Positions 47,057-57,238 of a DNA stretch of 64,000 nucleotides are shown here, in pieces. Positions within the stretch are counted from its first letter, which is position 1, and every line of letters starts with the position of its first letter. The translations under genes were made by a program, and so were the position numbers. Where the stretch lies: the IMG/VR virus record IMGVR_UViG_3300020183_000008, positions 64,001 to 128,000 of that record. One strand, written 5' to 3'. This DNA is from a virus. The notes under the pieces are model-generated. The model had not been told where the DNA came from and did no database searches. It saw nothing but the letters and a program-made list of their open reading frames with translations.

Positions 47057-47716
47057 ATGTCATCATCAGTTCAGGAAATGTCGTTCGATGATAGCTCTCT
47101 AGCATCTGCACAGGTAGACCGCTTTAAGGGCACTAAAGATGTTACGGATCGTATCGCTTTTGTTCATCTGAACCCGCAGAAAAAACCGGTCATCAAATCA
47201 GCGAATGTGGTATACATCGAAGGTGCTGGTTACTGCATCGCAAATGAAGCGACTGAAAAATTGGGTTATACGAGCGCATCTCAGCGGTTTGTGGCGATTA
47301 TTGCGCACTATACAACTGATCGTCTCGGAAAGCTCAAAACCCCGTTCACGGAAAACAGCGTGAACTTGAAATACTACATCTTCTCTAAGGCGAAGGCTGA
47401 ACGCCTTAGTGCTATCAACTCCGAGTTCCCTCTTTCGGAACACGATCTTTTGGCAAAATGCACGGAAGCTACTTACCAGAAGATTGACTTTACGCCTTGT
47501 AAAGAGGCTGCGTGGAAACTCAAGCCTGAGATCAAGAAATTGGTCGAGGAGCAAGTCGCTGTTCTTGCCAAGAACATGGACCGCGAGCTTGGGCGTACAT
47601 GGACGGTTGAGGAGTTGAAAGCTAAGTTAGGACAAGCCTCGGAATCTGAAGAACCTGATTCTGCTTCAACAGTTAATCAGAGTTCAGCAGCAGACGATAT
47701 CCTAGCTTCCCTTTAA
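47057..47716 (+). CDS. Probable single-stranded DNA-binding protein (gp32-like)
   Basis: Acidic tail ending DDILASL; strong GAGGTG RBS; C-ending codon bias; adjacent to ruvC/recA. Confidence 0.6.
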   Translation: MSSSVQEMSFDDSSLASAQVDRFKGTKDVTDRIAFVHLNPQKKPVIKSANVVYIEGAGYCIANEATEKLGYTSASQRFVAIIAHYTTDRLGKLKTPFTENSVNLKYYIFSKAKAERLSAINSEFPLSEHDLLAKCTEATYQKIDFTPCKEAAWKLKPEIKKLVEEQVAVLAKNMDRELGRTWTVEELKAKLGQASESEEPDSASTVNQSSAADDILASL

Positions 47717-47728
47717 ACCAAGGATGGG

Positions 47729-47756
47729 GATGGGTGCTCTGAAAGGAGCACCCATC
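47729..47756 (+). terminator. Strong hairpin after SSB (terminator or mRNA-stabilising stem)
   Basis: GATGGGTGCTC-TGAAAG-GAGCACCCATC; the U-tract is short and displaced. Confidence 0.6.
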
Positions 47757-47766
47757 AGGGGTTTTC

Positions 47767-48429
47767 ATGCGAGTTATTGGCGTTGACCCATCACTAACCA
47801 ATCTTGGTTATTGTGTCTTAGATTCCAAAGATGGATTGCTTGAAAAAGGTAAATTTCAGACATCACCGGAAGATGGTCTGAACATACAGCGGTATTTCTT
47901 ACAAGCGAAACGCATGTCTGAACTTATTCGCAAGTATGATATCAAGTATCTAGCATCCGAATCACCAATCATGCGTGATTTTTCAACCGAAATATTGTTT
48001 GGATTACAAAGTTTTCTTCAAGGTGTTTATTGGGCTCACGGCTTGAAAGTTGTGTTTTTAGCACCAACTCAAGTGAAAAGTTACGCTTGCCCTAACACCA
48101 AAGGAAAAGTTTTCAAATCCGACATGGTAAAAGCCGCTCGGTTGGATCTAGGGATGGCTGATAATGCTCGCCTTGCTAACGATGTCGCTGATGCCTTCTG
48201 GATAAGTAAGATAGGATTTCGTTTTTGGTCTTACATGGAAGGTGAAATCAAAGAATCCGATTTAACCAAGAAGGAACATGACATGTTTCTTCAACAACAT
48301 GAGTATACACGGGGTAAGAAAAAAGGTTTTGTCGAAAAGAAGGGGATTGTTTTCCGCCGAAATGAGATCTACTATCTTTTCGATGAAATTCCCTACCCTG
48401 ATGCAGACTTTCTAAGGAGAAACCGATGA
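47767..48429 (+). CDS. ruvC: RuvC-like Holliday junction resolvase
   Basis: IGVDPSLTNLG, ASE, PTQVK, KSDM, DVADA. Confidence 0.85.
   Translation: MRVIGVDPSLTNLGYCVLDSKDGLLEKGKFQTSPEDGLNIQRYFLQAKRMSELIRKYDIKYLASESPIMRDFSTEILFGLQSFLQGVYWAHGLKVVFLAPTQVKSYACPNTKGKVFKSDMVKAARLDLGMADNARLANDVADAFWISKIGFRFWSYMEGEIKESDLTKKEHDMFLQQHEYTRGKKKGFVEKKGIVFRRNEIYYLFDEIPYPDADFLRRNR
48347..48375 (+). promoter_or_regulatory. Putative recA promoter with TCCGCCGAA in the spacer
   Basis: TTGTTT-N17(TCCGCCGAAATGAGATC)-TACTAT, ending 50 bp before the recA ATG. Confidence 0.5.
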
Positions 48430-49625
48430 GCAGCAAGAAAAAAGGCATGTCTGATGTTATTGCAGGTTTGACCAAGGAATTTGGGTCAAGCGTATTGGTG
48501 GATTTTAACGAGAAACTTGATTTTATTTATACGGGTTCGATCATCCTGAATAAAATTTTGGGCATCCCTGGTTACCCAAAAAAAAGAATCTCAGAAATTT
48601 ACGGACCTGAATCATCGGGTAAATCAACTTTGGCGATGATTGCAGCCGCAAACGTATTAAATGAAGGTGGCAACGTCGTTTATCTTGATTATGAAGGTTC
48701 TTTTGTAGTCGAGTATGCGCAGACGTTAGGATTCCCTGTAGATCTTATAAATGACCACGACCGTTTTATTCTTGTAAATCCGGAAGACCTTGAAAAAGGT
48801 TGGCAGGTGGTACGCACCCTTTTGGAAAGTGCTGCGAAGATTGACCTGATTATCATCGACTCTCTTGCTGCAATGACACCAAGGGCTTTGCTCGAAGGTG
48901 ATCCAGAGAAAACTCCTCAAGTCGGTCTTCAGGCTCGTAAGATTGGAATGTTCCTCGCTGAAATCAGCAAAACCATTATCGATACCAACACTGCTTTGCT
49001 GATCGTGAATCAAATTCGTAACAGAATTAAATCGAGTCCTATGGACTTCGGACCCGACACTGACAGTCCAGGTGGAAGGGCTCTAAAATTTTATGCCACG
49101 CTGCGTCTTGAATTGTCCCCTGGACGCAAGGAATCGCGTGAGGCTATTAACCCTGTGACTGGTATTAAAGATGATGTTCCTTTCGGGACTTTCGTCAATG
49201 CCGTGTGCCGTAAGAACAAGTTAGCTACTCCCTTCCGTAAGGGCTCGTTCTTCCTTGAATATGGAATCGGAGTGGATAATTTACGTAGTTTGGTTGACCT
49301 TGCGGAAAATCTTAAAATCATCACTCGCAAAGGTTCATACTACTTCCTCGATCCAAGTTTCCCTTTGGTCATGGACAGCAATTTGATGGCAGGTGATGAA
49401 CCTAAATTTCAAGGTTCAGAGAAGCTATACCAATACTTTGCGACTCACTCAGACATGCGTGAGAAACTAGCAGACCGCGTTCTGTTAGATCCAGATGAAA
49501 ACGTGAAACGGGAGACGTTGGCTGAAGATAAAAAACACAGCTACACACAAGCTGAAGTCGCCCACGATCAAGAAAACGTAAAGTCTGTAAAACGTAAATC
49601 AAAAGATGCGGCTAAAGAAGCATGA
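48426..49625 (+). CDS. recA: RecA recombinase
   Basis: EIYGPESSGKST, IIDSLAAM, VGLQAR, NQIR, PGGRALKFYA, KNK. Confidence 0.95.
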   Translation: MSSKKKGMSDVIAGLTKEFGSSVLVDFNEKLDFIYTGSIILNKILGIPGYPKKRISEIYGPESSGKSTLAMIAAANVLNEGGNVVYLDYEGSFVVEYAQTLGFPVDLINDHDRFILVNPEDLEKGWQVVRTLLESAAKIDLIIIDSLAAMTPRALLEGDPEKTPQVGLQARKIGMFLAEISKTIIDTNTALLIVNQIRNRIKSSPMDFGPDTDSPGGRALKFYATLRLELSPGRKESREAINPVTGIKDDVPFGTFVNAVCRKNKLATPFRKGSFFLEYGIGVDNLRSLVDLAENLKIITRKGSYYFLDPSFPLVMDSNLMAGDEPKFQGSEKLYQYFATHSDMREKLADRVLLDPDENVKRETLAEDKKHSYTQAEVAHDQENVKSVKRKSKDAAKEA

Positions 49626-50902
49626 AAGATGTTTTAAAGGTAGAGTTGGAAAACATCCAAGCGGTGAAAAAAGCCTCGATTGAAATCGAAGGCTTCACCG
49701 CTGTGGTTGGGCGTAGTAACTCTGGTAAATCATCATTGATTCGAGGTATGCACGCAGCCTTAACAAATAAGAGCCCCAAAACTCTGTTTCGCACAGGTAC
49801 AAACCAAAGCTCGGTAAAAATCGAGGATGTTGCTAAAAATATTTCCATCGAATGGAAAAAAGGCGACAAGATAAACGCATACCTAATCAATGGCAAAGAA
49901 TTTACCAAAGTTGGCAAAGATGTTCCAAAAGATGTAGAAGAATTTGGATTTAAAGATATCCGTGTAAATGATGAACCTCTTGAAGTTCAATTTGCAAGGC
50001 AGCACGAATACATTTTCTTATTAAATAGATCCGGTGGGTTCATCGCTGATTTTATATCAAAAATCACCAAAGCTGATGTACTAACTGGTGCTGTGAAAGA
50101 TTGCGAATCTGATATAAGAAAATGTAATGAAAATATTAAATCTTCTCAAAAAGAAAAGGATCGTTTAGACCTACAACTCCAACGATTCATTTCTGTTGAC
50201 AAGATAGATACTGATTTAGATGAAACAATCAAAGATATAAAAAAGTCAATAACTTTACATGAAGATGTAATTTTCTTAGATGCATCCCTTCGATCTTTTG
50301 AAGATTTTCAAAACCAAATTAAAAAACTTAAAAATCTACCTGAAATTTTGTTTGTCGATTTTGACATCAACGCTATTGAAAACATCGATTGCTATATTCA
50401 AGGTAGAGATGATTTGAAGGCTGAACTCTCTGTTCTGTCAAAAATACCTGATGTGCCAAAAGCTGAATTTAACCTTCAGTCGCTTCTCAGTATTGAGTCT
50501 TGGGTACTCGAAAGAGATATTCAAAAAAATAAATATGTACCGCTAAAAACTTTAAATGATTTTTCTGTTCCAAGTCTTGATTTTAAATTAGCAGATCTGG
50601 AATTGATCGAGATCACTTATAAATCTTTGAAATCAAGAATTCCGAATCTGCCTGATGTACCTGAATTAGAAACAGTCTCCGAAAAAATATCAGACATCAA
50701 TAACATCGAGTTATTCAGAAAAGATTACACCTCAGTCGAAGCGGACATAATTTCTATCCAAAAACAGTTGAAAGATACATCAGACCAAATCAAAAACTTC
50801 TTTGATCAAAAGAAAAAGATGCAAAAAGATTTAGGTGACTGCCCAACCTGTGGAAGAGGTTTCGATGGTGAAGAAAAAGACTGTTCTACTCACAGTGGGT
50901 GA
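49622..50902 (+). CDS. SbcC/Rad50 N-terminal half (Walker A, coiled coil, zinc hook)
   Basis: GRSNSGKS, Q-loop (FARQ), coiled coil, terminal CPTC. Confidence 0.85.
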   Translation: MKDVLKVELENIQAVKKASIEIEGFTAVVGRSNSGKSSLIRGMHAALTNKSPKTLFRTGTNQSSVKIEDVAKNISIEWKKGDKINAYLINGKEFTKVGKDVPKDVEEFGFKDIRVNDEPLEVQFARQHEYIFLLNRSGGFIADFISKITKADVLTGAVKDCESDIRKCNENIKSSQKEKDRLDLQLQRFISVDKIDTDLDETIKDIKKSITLHEDVIFLDASLRSFEDFQNQIKKLKNLPEILFVDFDINAIENIDCYIQGRDDLKAELSVLSKIPDVPKAEFNLQSLLSIESWVLERDIQKNKYVPLKTLNDFSVPSLDFKLADLELIEITYKSLKSRIPNLPDVPELETVSEKISDINNIELFRKDYTSVEADIISIQKQLKDTSDQIKNFFDQKKKMQKDLGDCPTCGRGFDGEEKDCSTHSG

Positions 50903-51827
50903 TGTTCATCTCGCAGATCGGACACCTGCATCCAGAAAAGATGATTACAAAGCAGAAACATTTAATGAACTTAGAATGATAGCTAGGGTTGCAGCCAAGC
51001 AAAATGCATCGGCTGTGTTGTTTACTGGTGACATTTTCCACGAGAAAAGTGCCAAAATGAACAGCCATTCTCTTGTTCGAGAAGCCATGTCCGTTTTTTC
51101 TTCGTTTCCTTGCCCATGCTATTCTATCGTAGGAAATCACGACATCTCCTACAACCGTATGGAGACCCTTGAAAAACAACCCCTTGGTGTCTTATTTGAG
51201 AGCGGTGCTTTGAAAAGGCTAACTCGCGAGCAAATAGGTGAATTCGAGGTCGTCGGTGTCGATTTTGATGAAAATGTTACTTATGAAACTTTGAAACCCA
51301 AGAAAACAGACCCAGAGCGCAAGTTAGTTACGGTGTGTCATGTATACGCTGAACCCACGGAAAGAGATCTTTTCGGTGAACCCATTTATGGTTATGATAA
51401 AATATCTGAAAATACTGATGTGGATGTCTATGTTTTTGGTCATTACCACCACGACCAAGGTATTGTGAAAATAGGTGATAAATCTTTTGTAAACATCGGA
51501 GCCCTATCGAGAGGATCTTTAAATAAAGAGAATCTAGATCGTGATGTGAAAATAGGAAAAATAAGCATCACAAATGGAAAAGTTATTTGTGAAGAGATAA
51601 ACCTTCCTGTTAAGTCCGGTGTTGAAATATTCGATGTCGAAAAGAAAAAATCCATAGAAGAAAAAGAGAACGAAATAGAGCAATTCGTTTCTTCTCTAGG
51701 TAAAGCGAATTTATTCGAGTCTTTATCATCTTTAGAAAATACGATAAAATCTATGGAGCTTGAAAAGAACGTAAAAAATCGCGTTGAGCAATACTTAAAC
51801 AATCGCGGTGCAGGCATCAATTTATGA
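50865..51827 (+). CDS. SbcD/Mre11 metallophosphoesterase nuclease
   Basis: GDVH, GDIFH, GNHD, CH, GHYH, NIGALSR; ATG at 50865 after GAGGT. Confidence 0.9.
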   Translation: MVKKKTVLLTVGDVHLADRTPASRKDDYKAETFNELRMIARVAAKQNASAVLFTGDIFHEKSAKMNSHSLVREAMSVFSSFPCPCYSIVGNHDISYNRMETLEKQPLGVLFESGALKRLTREQIGEFEVVGVDFDENVTYETLKPKKTDPERKLVTVCHVYAEPTERDLFGEPIYGYDKISENTDVDVYVFGHYHHDQGIVKIGDKSFVNIGALSRGSLNKENLDRDVKIGKISITNGKVICEEINLPVKSGVEIFDVEKKKSIEEKENEIEQFVSSLGKANLFESLSSLENTIKSMELEKNVKNRVEQYLNNRGAGINL

Positions 51828-52645
51828 AAAAAATGTATCTCACTTATAGTCGTATGAAAGACTACAGTGAATGCCCTAAACGCTACAAATTTAGGTACAT
51901 TGATAAATTGAAAATACCTGAGGATCTGTACTACGCTTGCTCAGGAACGATCAAGCAAAAGATAGTTGAGCTACTGTATAATGAAGACTGGTTTTTTCGA
52001 GAACAACCTCAAATCATTAAAAACCACTTTAAAAAAAGCGTCCCTAATTTATTCAATGACTGGCTCAAAAGTGTTGAAAAAGAGGGGAATCATGTTGATT
52101 TTAAAAGATATGATAGAAGCCCTGATGCTTTGATATCTGAAATCACAAATGGTGTTGACCAAATATTTAACATCATAAAATCAGCCAAACTTTTAGTATC
52201 TCCTGCGGAAAACAACCGATCAGAGGTTGATGGGGTATTCGAAGGGAAAAATTTTACTTTGAAAGGTCGTATCGACCTTGTAATCGGCGACAGAAGAAAC
52301 AGCCCTGTTATCATCGATGGGAAAGATACGATCCTAGAAAAAGGTGAAGATTACAACGATCCGGATCAACTCTACGCGTATGCCTTGATGAACGAGTACC
52401 AATACGGTGTTTTACCAAGCAAATTAGGTTTCATGATGTTTCGGTTCAACAAAATGCGTTGGATCGACCCCAGAGTGGGATTAAAAACATTCGAAGAAAA
52501 AGCGGAAAAAATAGCCGAAAGGATGCTCAATAATGACTTTCAGGCTTCTGTAGGTGATGCTTGCTTGTGGTGTAAATTTAAGCCAAAATGTAAAGAATAT
52601 CAAACTTGGATGTCATCACAAGGAATCAAAGAAGACACTTTATAA
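51824..52645 (+). CDS. PD-(D/E)XK Cas4/AddB-like exonuclease
   Basis: ECPKRY, GRIDL, IIDGK, QLYAY, CLWCKFKPKC (four-Cys Fe-S pattern). Confidence 0.85.
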   Translation: MKKMYLTYSRMKDYSECPKRYKFRYIDKLKIPEDLYYACSGTIKQKIVELLYNEDWFFREQPQIIKNHFKKSVPNLFNDWLKSVEKEGNHVDFKRYDRSPDALISEITNGVDQIFNIIKSAKLLVSPAENNRSEVDGVFEGKNFTLKGRIDLVIGDRRNSPVIIDGKDTILEKGEDYNDPDQLYAYALMNEYQYGVLPSKLGFMMFRFNKMRWIDPRVGLKTFEEKAEKIAERMLNNDFQASVGDACLWCKFKPKCKEYQTWMSSQGIKEDTL

Positions 52646-52654
52646 GGTGGAATT

Positions 52655-52942
52655 ATGCAGACTGTAAAAGAACTTTCCGAAAAATATCAAAGTCTATTGA
52701 AAAATATTGAACAAGCGAATGAAATGAAGGTTAGGCTTGAAGAGCGTAAAAAAGCGGCTGAAAAAAACCTTCGTGCTTTAGTTCAGAAAGTCACCGAAGC
52801 TGGATATGATATTAAGAATTTAGATAAGATTAGGGAAGAGAAAATCGCTGAATTAAAAAATCTAGTTGAAACGAAAGAAAAAGAGATCACTGAAGTGATG
52901 TCCCGACTCAACTCGATCTCAGCGGAAACATCAGCGGAATGA
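52655..52942 (+). CDS. Coiled-coil protein, possibly a middle segment of the split SbcC
   Basis: 95 aa of heptad-rich helix directly before the SbcC C-terminal half. Confidence 0.55.
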   Translation: MQTVKELSEKYQSLLKNIEQANEMKVRLEERKKAAEKNLRALVQKVTEAGYDIKNLDKIREEKIAELKNLVETKEKEITEVMSRLNSISAETSAE

Positions 52943-52943
52943 G

Positions 52944-53606
52944 GTGAGTATGCTTGAGTCGTTGAAAATCAACCCATCGGAACTTTTGAAACAGACTCAA
53001 GATGCCAAGTTAGCCTTAGCTCGTATAAAAGGTGATAGGGATTCTATTCTTAGAAGACAAAATTTAGCTGAATCGGAAATCGAAACTCTCAAAAAAGAGC
53101 AGGTTGAATTATTAAAAGCCAAAGCAGTTTTGGATGACCTTGTAAAGAGTTTTATAGGTTTTCAGCTAGAACGTATCAAAGAGTATGTCGGTTTCGGTCT
53201 GAAAACTGTAATACCCGACCAAGAGTTAGATTTTGAATGCGAGGTATCTACCAAGATGAACAAACCTTGGGTGGAATTCCTCACAATAAATTCTGATGGT
53301 ATCTCAGCGAATGCCTTAGATGGTTTCGGCGGTTCAGTAGCTCAGATTGAGTCTCTGATTTTGAGAGTTCTCGCTATACTACAACTCAAACTATACCCTC
53401 TGATTGTATTGGACGAGAGTTTGAATGCGGTTAGCGAGGAATACCTTCCAAACCTTTCACATCTTTTGAGAGAATTATCAAAACAACTAGGTGTGAAAAT
53501 TTTACTCGTGACCCATAATAAAGAGATCCTTTACTCAGCAACAAGAATATACAAGGCGAGTGAAAAACACGGTAGTCTTCACATTGAAGAGGTACATGAA
53601 AGGTGA
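52944..53606 (+). CDS. SbcC/Rad50 C-terminal half
   Basis: Coiled coil, then signature-like FGGS, Walker B LIVLDE, H-loop LVTH. Confidence 0.85.
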   Translation: MSMLESLKINPSELLKQTQDAKLALARIKGDRDSILRRQNLAESEIETLKKEQVELLKAKAVLDDLVKSFIGFQLERIKEYVGFGLKTVIPDQELDFECEVSTKMNKPWVEFLTINSDGISANALDGFGGSVAQIESLILRVLAILQLKLYPLIVLDESLNAVSEEYLPNLSHLLRELSKQLGVKILLVTHNKEILYSATRIYKASEKHGSLHIEEVHER

Positions 53607-54049
53607 AAACACCATCGGAAATTTCATCAAAAATAAAACAGGTAAGATTTGAATACCTAAAAGCCGCTTACCAAATTGAATTAACACGGCATCCTTGTAA
53701 CTGTATTTACAACCGAAAGGTCACGCTTCACGGTGAAGGTGAAGTTGTGACTCGACTTTGTGGTTTTTATTCTGATGATAAAAACTACATCGTTTGTGAT
53801 ACCGAGGATAGTGCTCGGAATTGCGATGCTTTCGTGTGCAAGAAATCTAAAAAGCAAGTTCGAGAGCAACTTGAAAAAGACATGATTGAAAACTCGCACA
53901 AGTACCCTGAATTATTGGCTCTTGAGTGGGTTTTAGAAAAGAAAAGCCCTATATTTTTGATTACTAAATTTGATGTTATAGTGAGCGAAATTAAAAGGCT
54001 GTTCGTAAATACAAAAGCTAAAATTCAAAAATTCTGGAGAAAAAAATGA
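53603..54049 (+). CDS. Cys-rich hypothetical protein
   Basis: PCNCIYN...LCG...VCD...NCDAF. Confidence 0.65.
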   Translation: MKTPSEISSKIKQVRFEYLKAAYQIELTRHPCNCIYNRKVTLHGEGEVVTRLCGFYSDDKNYIVCDTEDSARNCDAFVCKKSKKQVREQLEKDMIENSHKYPELLALEWVLEKKSPIFLITKFDVIVSEIKRLFVNTKAKIQKFWRKK

Positions 54050-54579
54050 ATCTAAATAGACAGCAAAGGCGGGCAGCTAACTCCAAAGGTGTTATGCCAA
54101 ATTTTCAACCACCAGCCGATTTATCCTTGAAATTGGGTGGTATCGTTGAACAACTTCAAGCCTTGCATAAACAAAACCTAAAAATAACTGAATTTAATCG
54201 CAAACTGTTCGGGAGTTTTACCAAGCTCAAAGAATCTCTCGAAAGAAAAGGTGTTATTACTCAACAAGACTTTGATGAAGTCGAGTCTCTGTATTTGAAC
54301 ATGCTCCCTCGTCGAGAGGCTAAAATCAGAGAAATTAACGCTTCAGAAATGACAGATGACATGAAAATTAAATTCTGCATCGATGATTTTAATTCGCGTG
54401 TTCACGGTTACGATAAATACAACATCATTCCTGTTAGAGATTTGAATATTGCACCAGGTCTTGTGGTCGAATATCTAACAACCAACGGGTACATCTCCGA
54501 CAATTTAAAAGTAATGGCTGTGAGTATGGGTGTTCCTGAAATGATGATCTCTAGGAAAGAAGAAGCGCGACAGACATGA
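54046..54579 (+). CDS. Hypothetical protein
   Basis: NRQQRR N-terminus; ATGA overlaps on both sides. Confidence 0.65.
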   Translation: MNLNRQQRRAANSKGVMPNFQPPADLSLKLGGIVEQLQALHKQNLKITEFNRKLFGSFTKLKESLERKGVITQQDFDEVESLYLNMLPRREAKIREINASEMTDDMKIKFCIDDFNSRVHGYDKYNIIPVRDLNIAPGLVVEYLTTNGYISDNLKVMAVSMGVPEMMISRKEEARQT

Positions 54580-54809
54580 AATACAATTTGACGATCGTTG
54601 ATAAAAACCCTGATATAAAAAATTTTATTTATGCTGGTGTTTCTGAATCTTGTTTATTGCAAGTGAAAGAAGATTTCAAAAACAAAAATCCAGTTCTTCA
54701 TTTTAAGTACGATGAGGGTGAAGTTTTAGTATCGGTATCTGAAATTCACTCGTTGGTTATCTCTGACTACTCAAATGATCTGGATGACACCTTGGAAGGC
54801 GAAATTTGA
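54576..54809 (+). CDS. Hypothetical protein
   Basis: 77 aa, translationally coupled. Confidence 0.55.
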   Translation: MKYNLTIVDKNPDIKNFIYAGVSESCLLQVKEDFKNKNPVLHFKYDEGEVLVSVSEIHSLVISDYSNDLDDTLEGEI

Positions 54810-55072
54810 TGGATATTTCCGCAATAAGAAACAGGGTGCTCGCTATTCAAGAAGACCTTCATTATTTCGATGAAATCCTAAAAAGTAAAGCTAGGTATGA
54901 AGTTAATCTTTGGGGAATTCGCGAGCAGAAACAATTCCCTGATGAAAATATTGAAGAATTAAATCAAGCTGAAGTGGAGCTTTCTCGCAGAATTGCTAAT
55001 TGTCAGTCTCTATTAGAGAAGACACGAGAAAAACTATTAAAAGCTCTTGGCGTGAGAAGTGAAAAAGGATGA
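54806..55072 (+). CDS. Hypothetical protein
   Basis: 88 aa, helical, coupled. Confidence 0.55.
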   Translation: MMDISAIRNRVLAIQEDLHYFDEILKSKARYEVNLWGIREQKQFPDENIEELNQAEVELSRRIANCQSLLEKTREKLLKALGVRSEKG

Positions 55073-55262
55073 AGTGCTAAAATTTGTTGAGAAGTGTAAG
55101 CACTGTGAGAAATGTGCGAAACCCACCCTATTTCTTGAATACGATGGTTTAGTCATCTCTGGGTGTGATGATCACATGGTCGAACTGGGTGAGTTGTTAA
55201 GAGAAACTGGGTATTATGACAAGTATCTTAATATTGACACAATACCAGAGTCGGATAACTGA
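55059..55262 (+). CDS. Small Cys/His-rich protein
   Basis: CKHCEKC...GCDDH. Confidence 0.5.
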   Translation: MKKDEVLKFVEKCKHCEKCAKPTLFLEYDGLVISGCDDHMVELGELLRETGYYDKYLNIDTIPESDN

Positions 55263-55271
55263 GGTGTCGTT

Positions 55272-55622
55272 TTGAAAATTTTGATCCTATCAAGAGATAA
55301 AATTAGTCAGAATCTATTCAGGTCTAGGATTAAAAATATTTCAAACTACCAATTAGTTGGAACGAACAGCAATCAAACCGCAGAAGACATCAAGCAAAGA
55401 CTAGACTTAGCAAAAAACGATGTGATTTTTTTTCACGCACTTAAAAAATCTTTTTTTGTGACCGAACCTGATTGGTTGCCCGAACCTGTAGCGGACTACC
55501 CGAAAATTCTATGGGGTCAGTGTGATTTGATACTGTACACAAAAACTCTGTTTCAGGGTGGTGGTTACGCGGTGTTGAAAGGTTCAATTCAGGAATCAGG
55601 TTTAGTCATCGAAGAAGAATGA
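55272..55622 (+). CDS. Hypothetical protein
   Basis: 116 aa, TTG start after GAGGTG. Confidence 0.55.
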   Translation: MKILILSRDKISQNLFRSRIKNISNYQLVGTNSNQTAEDIKQRLDLAKNDVIFFHALKKSFFVTEPDWLPEPVADYPKILWGQCDLILYTKTLFQGGGYAVLKGSIQESGLVIEEE

Positions 55623-55843
55623 CTCAATACATCAAAATCAAAGACTTTTTAACAAATTACCCCTTTAGACTTGACCTAGGCTTGCCTTCGAGCCATTCTA
55701 ATCCCAATCTACGCACGGTTAAAATAAGCTGCAAGATCGAGCATTTATTTCAAATGTCTTATTCATTCAGCGTTGCAGAATCGAGACCTGTGAAAGGTAG
55801 GAAATGATCTTACCATATTACAGCATATTGAAAGGGGTAATGA

Positions 55844-56401
55844 ATGTTATTCGAAACTCAGGTCGATGTGATTCTATTAAGAATGTCTGTGCTAAGAGAT
55901 GAAGATGGGGATCCCGTTGTGGAAAGAGGTCGCCCCAAAACAGAAATTAAAGTGATGCTGTACGATACCGGTGATGGTTATATGTTACCAGGTAGCGCGA
56001 TACCTGAAATCCCACCAGAGGAATGCGAAGGTTGTGACCCTTTTGATGACAATGCTCCGTGCGAAGCTGTAGCGATGGCTTTAGTCGAACAGTTGTCTGG
56101 TTTAAGTCCTCTCTACATTGAGGACAATGCTTTTCATCAGTTCACATGGAAAAATTGCACAGATTACAGCACAAAACCAGTTTCAGGCAAGGCTGTTCTT
56201 TACTATTACGGATTTGTTCAAGAAGAAACCGAGAGTGAATATAGTGCCGTGGAAGCTGTGCTTGCTGAAAAAGGTTCATCGATCCGATTTTTTTCAGAAG
56301 ATGAGTTGAAAAAACCTCATTTTCCTTGGTCGGGTGGTGACAAAGATGAAGAGACCATTCAAGAAATTCTAAGGTTATTCAAGCCTCATCTTGAACACTA
56401 G
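55844..56401 (+). CDS. Acidic protein with a possible degenerate Nudix fold
   Basis: VDVILL...VMLY...YMLPGS...AMALVEQLSG; the Nudix box is not intact. Confidence 0.45.
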   Translation: MLFETQVDVILLRMSVLRDEDGDPVVERGRPKTEIKVMLYDTGDGYMLPGSAIPEIPPEECEGCDPFDDNAPCEAVAMALVEQLSGLSPLYIEDNAFHQFTWKNCTDYSTKPVSGKAVLYYYGFVQEETESEYSAVEAVLAEKGSSIRFFSEDELKKPHFPWSGGDKDEETIQEILRLFKPHLEH

Positions 56402-56410
56402 GATCCTCTT

Positions 56411-56923
56411 GTGCCTAGCAAAAAAGAAATACACTACACAATTAGCCCTAAGAATGTCGATGAAATAGACTTCAGGTCTATCATCGAAACTCTTGCAACA
56501 CGTTTGCGAATGAAAAGAAACGGTGCTCTTGTATCTCTTTTGAGAAATACAGAATTCGATGGTCGATTTTTCCGTTTCATTTATTTTGAGGCTGATACTT
56601 GGAAGGTTTATGTTCTTTGTCCAAAATGTAGAGAGAAAAAACTAAAATTATACAAACTCGACGATGAATATGCTTGCGAAACTTGTCATCACCTTTCTCG
56701 ACCTACCCGAAGAAGCCCACCAAGAATATCGCAAATTTATTCTAAATATGTACGACCACTAAGACTTTTGAAAGAAATAGAATCAAAACTCTTGGATCCT
56801 CAAGTGGTTCTTAGTGACAGGCAGCGTTCGATACTTGAAAACAAAGCTGCAAAAATTAGAAAAACGATGCCTGAATACATTCAAGCGTTACGGGAAGAAA
56901 TACTTGATAAATTAAGTGATTAA
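56411..56923 (+). CDS. Zinc-finger, basic, putative DNA-binding protein
   Basis: CPKC...LY...ACETCHHL. Confidence 0.6.
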   Translation: MPSKKEIHYTISPKNVDEIDFRSIIETLATRLRMKRNGALVSLLRNTEFDGRFFRFIYFEADTWKVYVLCPKCREKKLKLYKLDDEYACETCHHLSRPTRRSPPRISQIYSKYVRPLRLLKEIESKLLDPQVVLSDRQRSILENKAAKIRKTMPEYIQALREEILDKLSD

Positions 56924-56962
56924 ACAACTAATCTATAATTTTTATGGTTGCGTGAGAGGTGA

Positions 56963-57238
56963 ATGACCATGAAAATAAAGCGAGTGGCTTACAAAGTCGC
57001 TGTGAAATATCTGAGCGAAATATCAGAAATGATTGATCCTTCAGACAGTTTAAAAAAAGATGAATCAGCGAAACCCTCTGATTTGATCATGCAAAAAGAT
57101 AAGGTTCTATATCACCATCTCAAAGGTGGGGGTGATACAGAAGACTTTGAAAAAACTCCTCAGTTCGATAAAATCAATTACCTTGTTAGATACTACATCG
57201 ATAATGAAGGAAAAAAACGCAAAAAGGATTCTTTCTGA
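56963..57238 (+). CDS. Hypothetical protein
   Basis: 91 aa, GAGGTG RBS. Confidence 0.6.
   Translation: MTMKIKRVAYKVAVKYLSEISEMIDPSDSLKKDESAKPSDLIMQKDKVLYHHLKGGGDTEDFEKTPQFDKINYLVRYYIDNEGKKRKKDSF

Noticed and set aside
7624-49625. Inteins or introns in polA, dnaB, SNF2, nrdA or recA
   Set aside because: Core domain lengths are normal, and no intein splice motifs or homing endonuclease ORFs were seen.
51824-52645. Cas4 as part of a CRISPR-Cas system
   Set aside because: It lies inside the SbcCD/RecA cluster 19 kb from the array; solo Cas4-like nucleases are common in phages.
45733-53332. Near-matches to the 9-mer inside lon (TTCGGCGGG) and the SbcC C-half (TTCGGCGGT)
   Set aside because: One mismatch each, mid-gene, and explained by conserved codons (PSAG, FGG); not counted.
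55619-55807. 62-aa ORF
   Set aside because: It has an ATGA overlap but no recognisable features; it may be real, but support is too weak to call.
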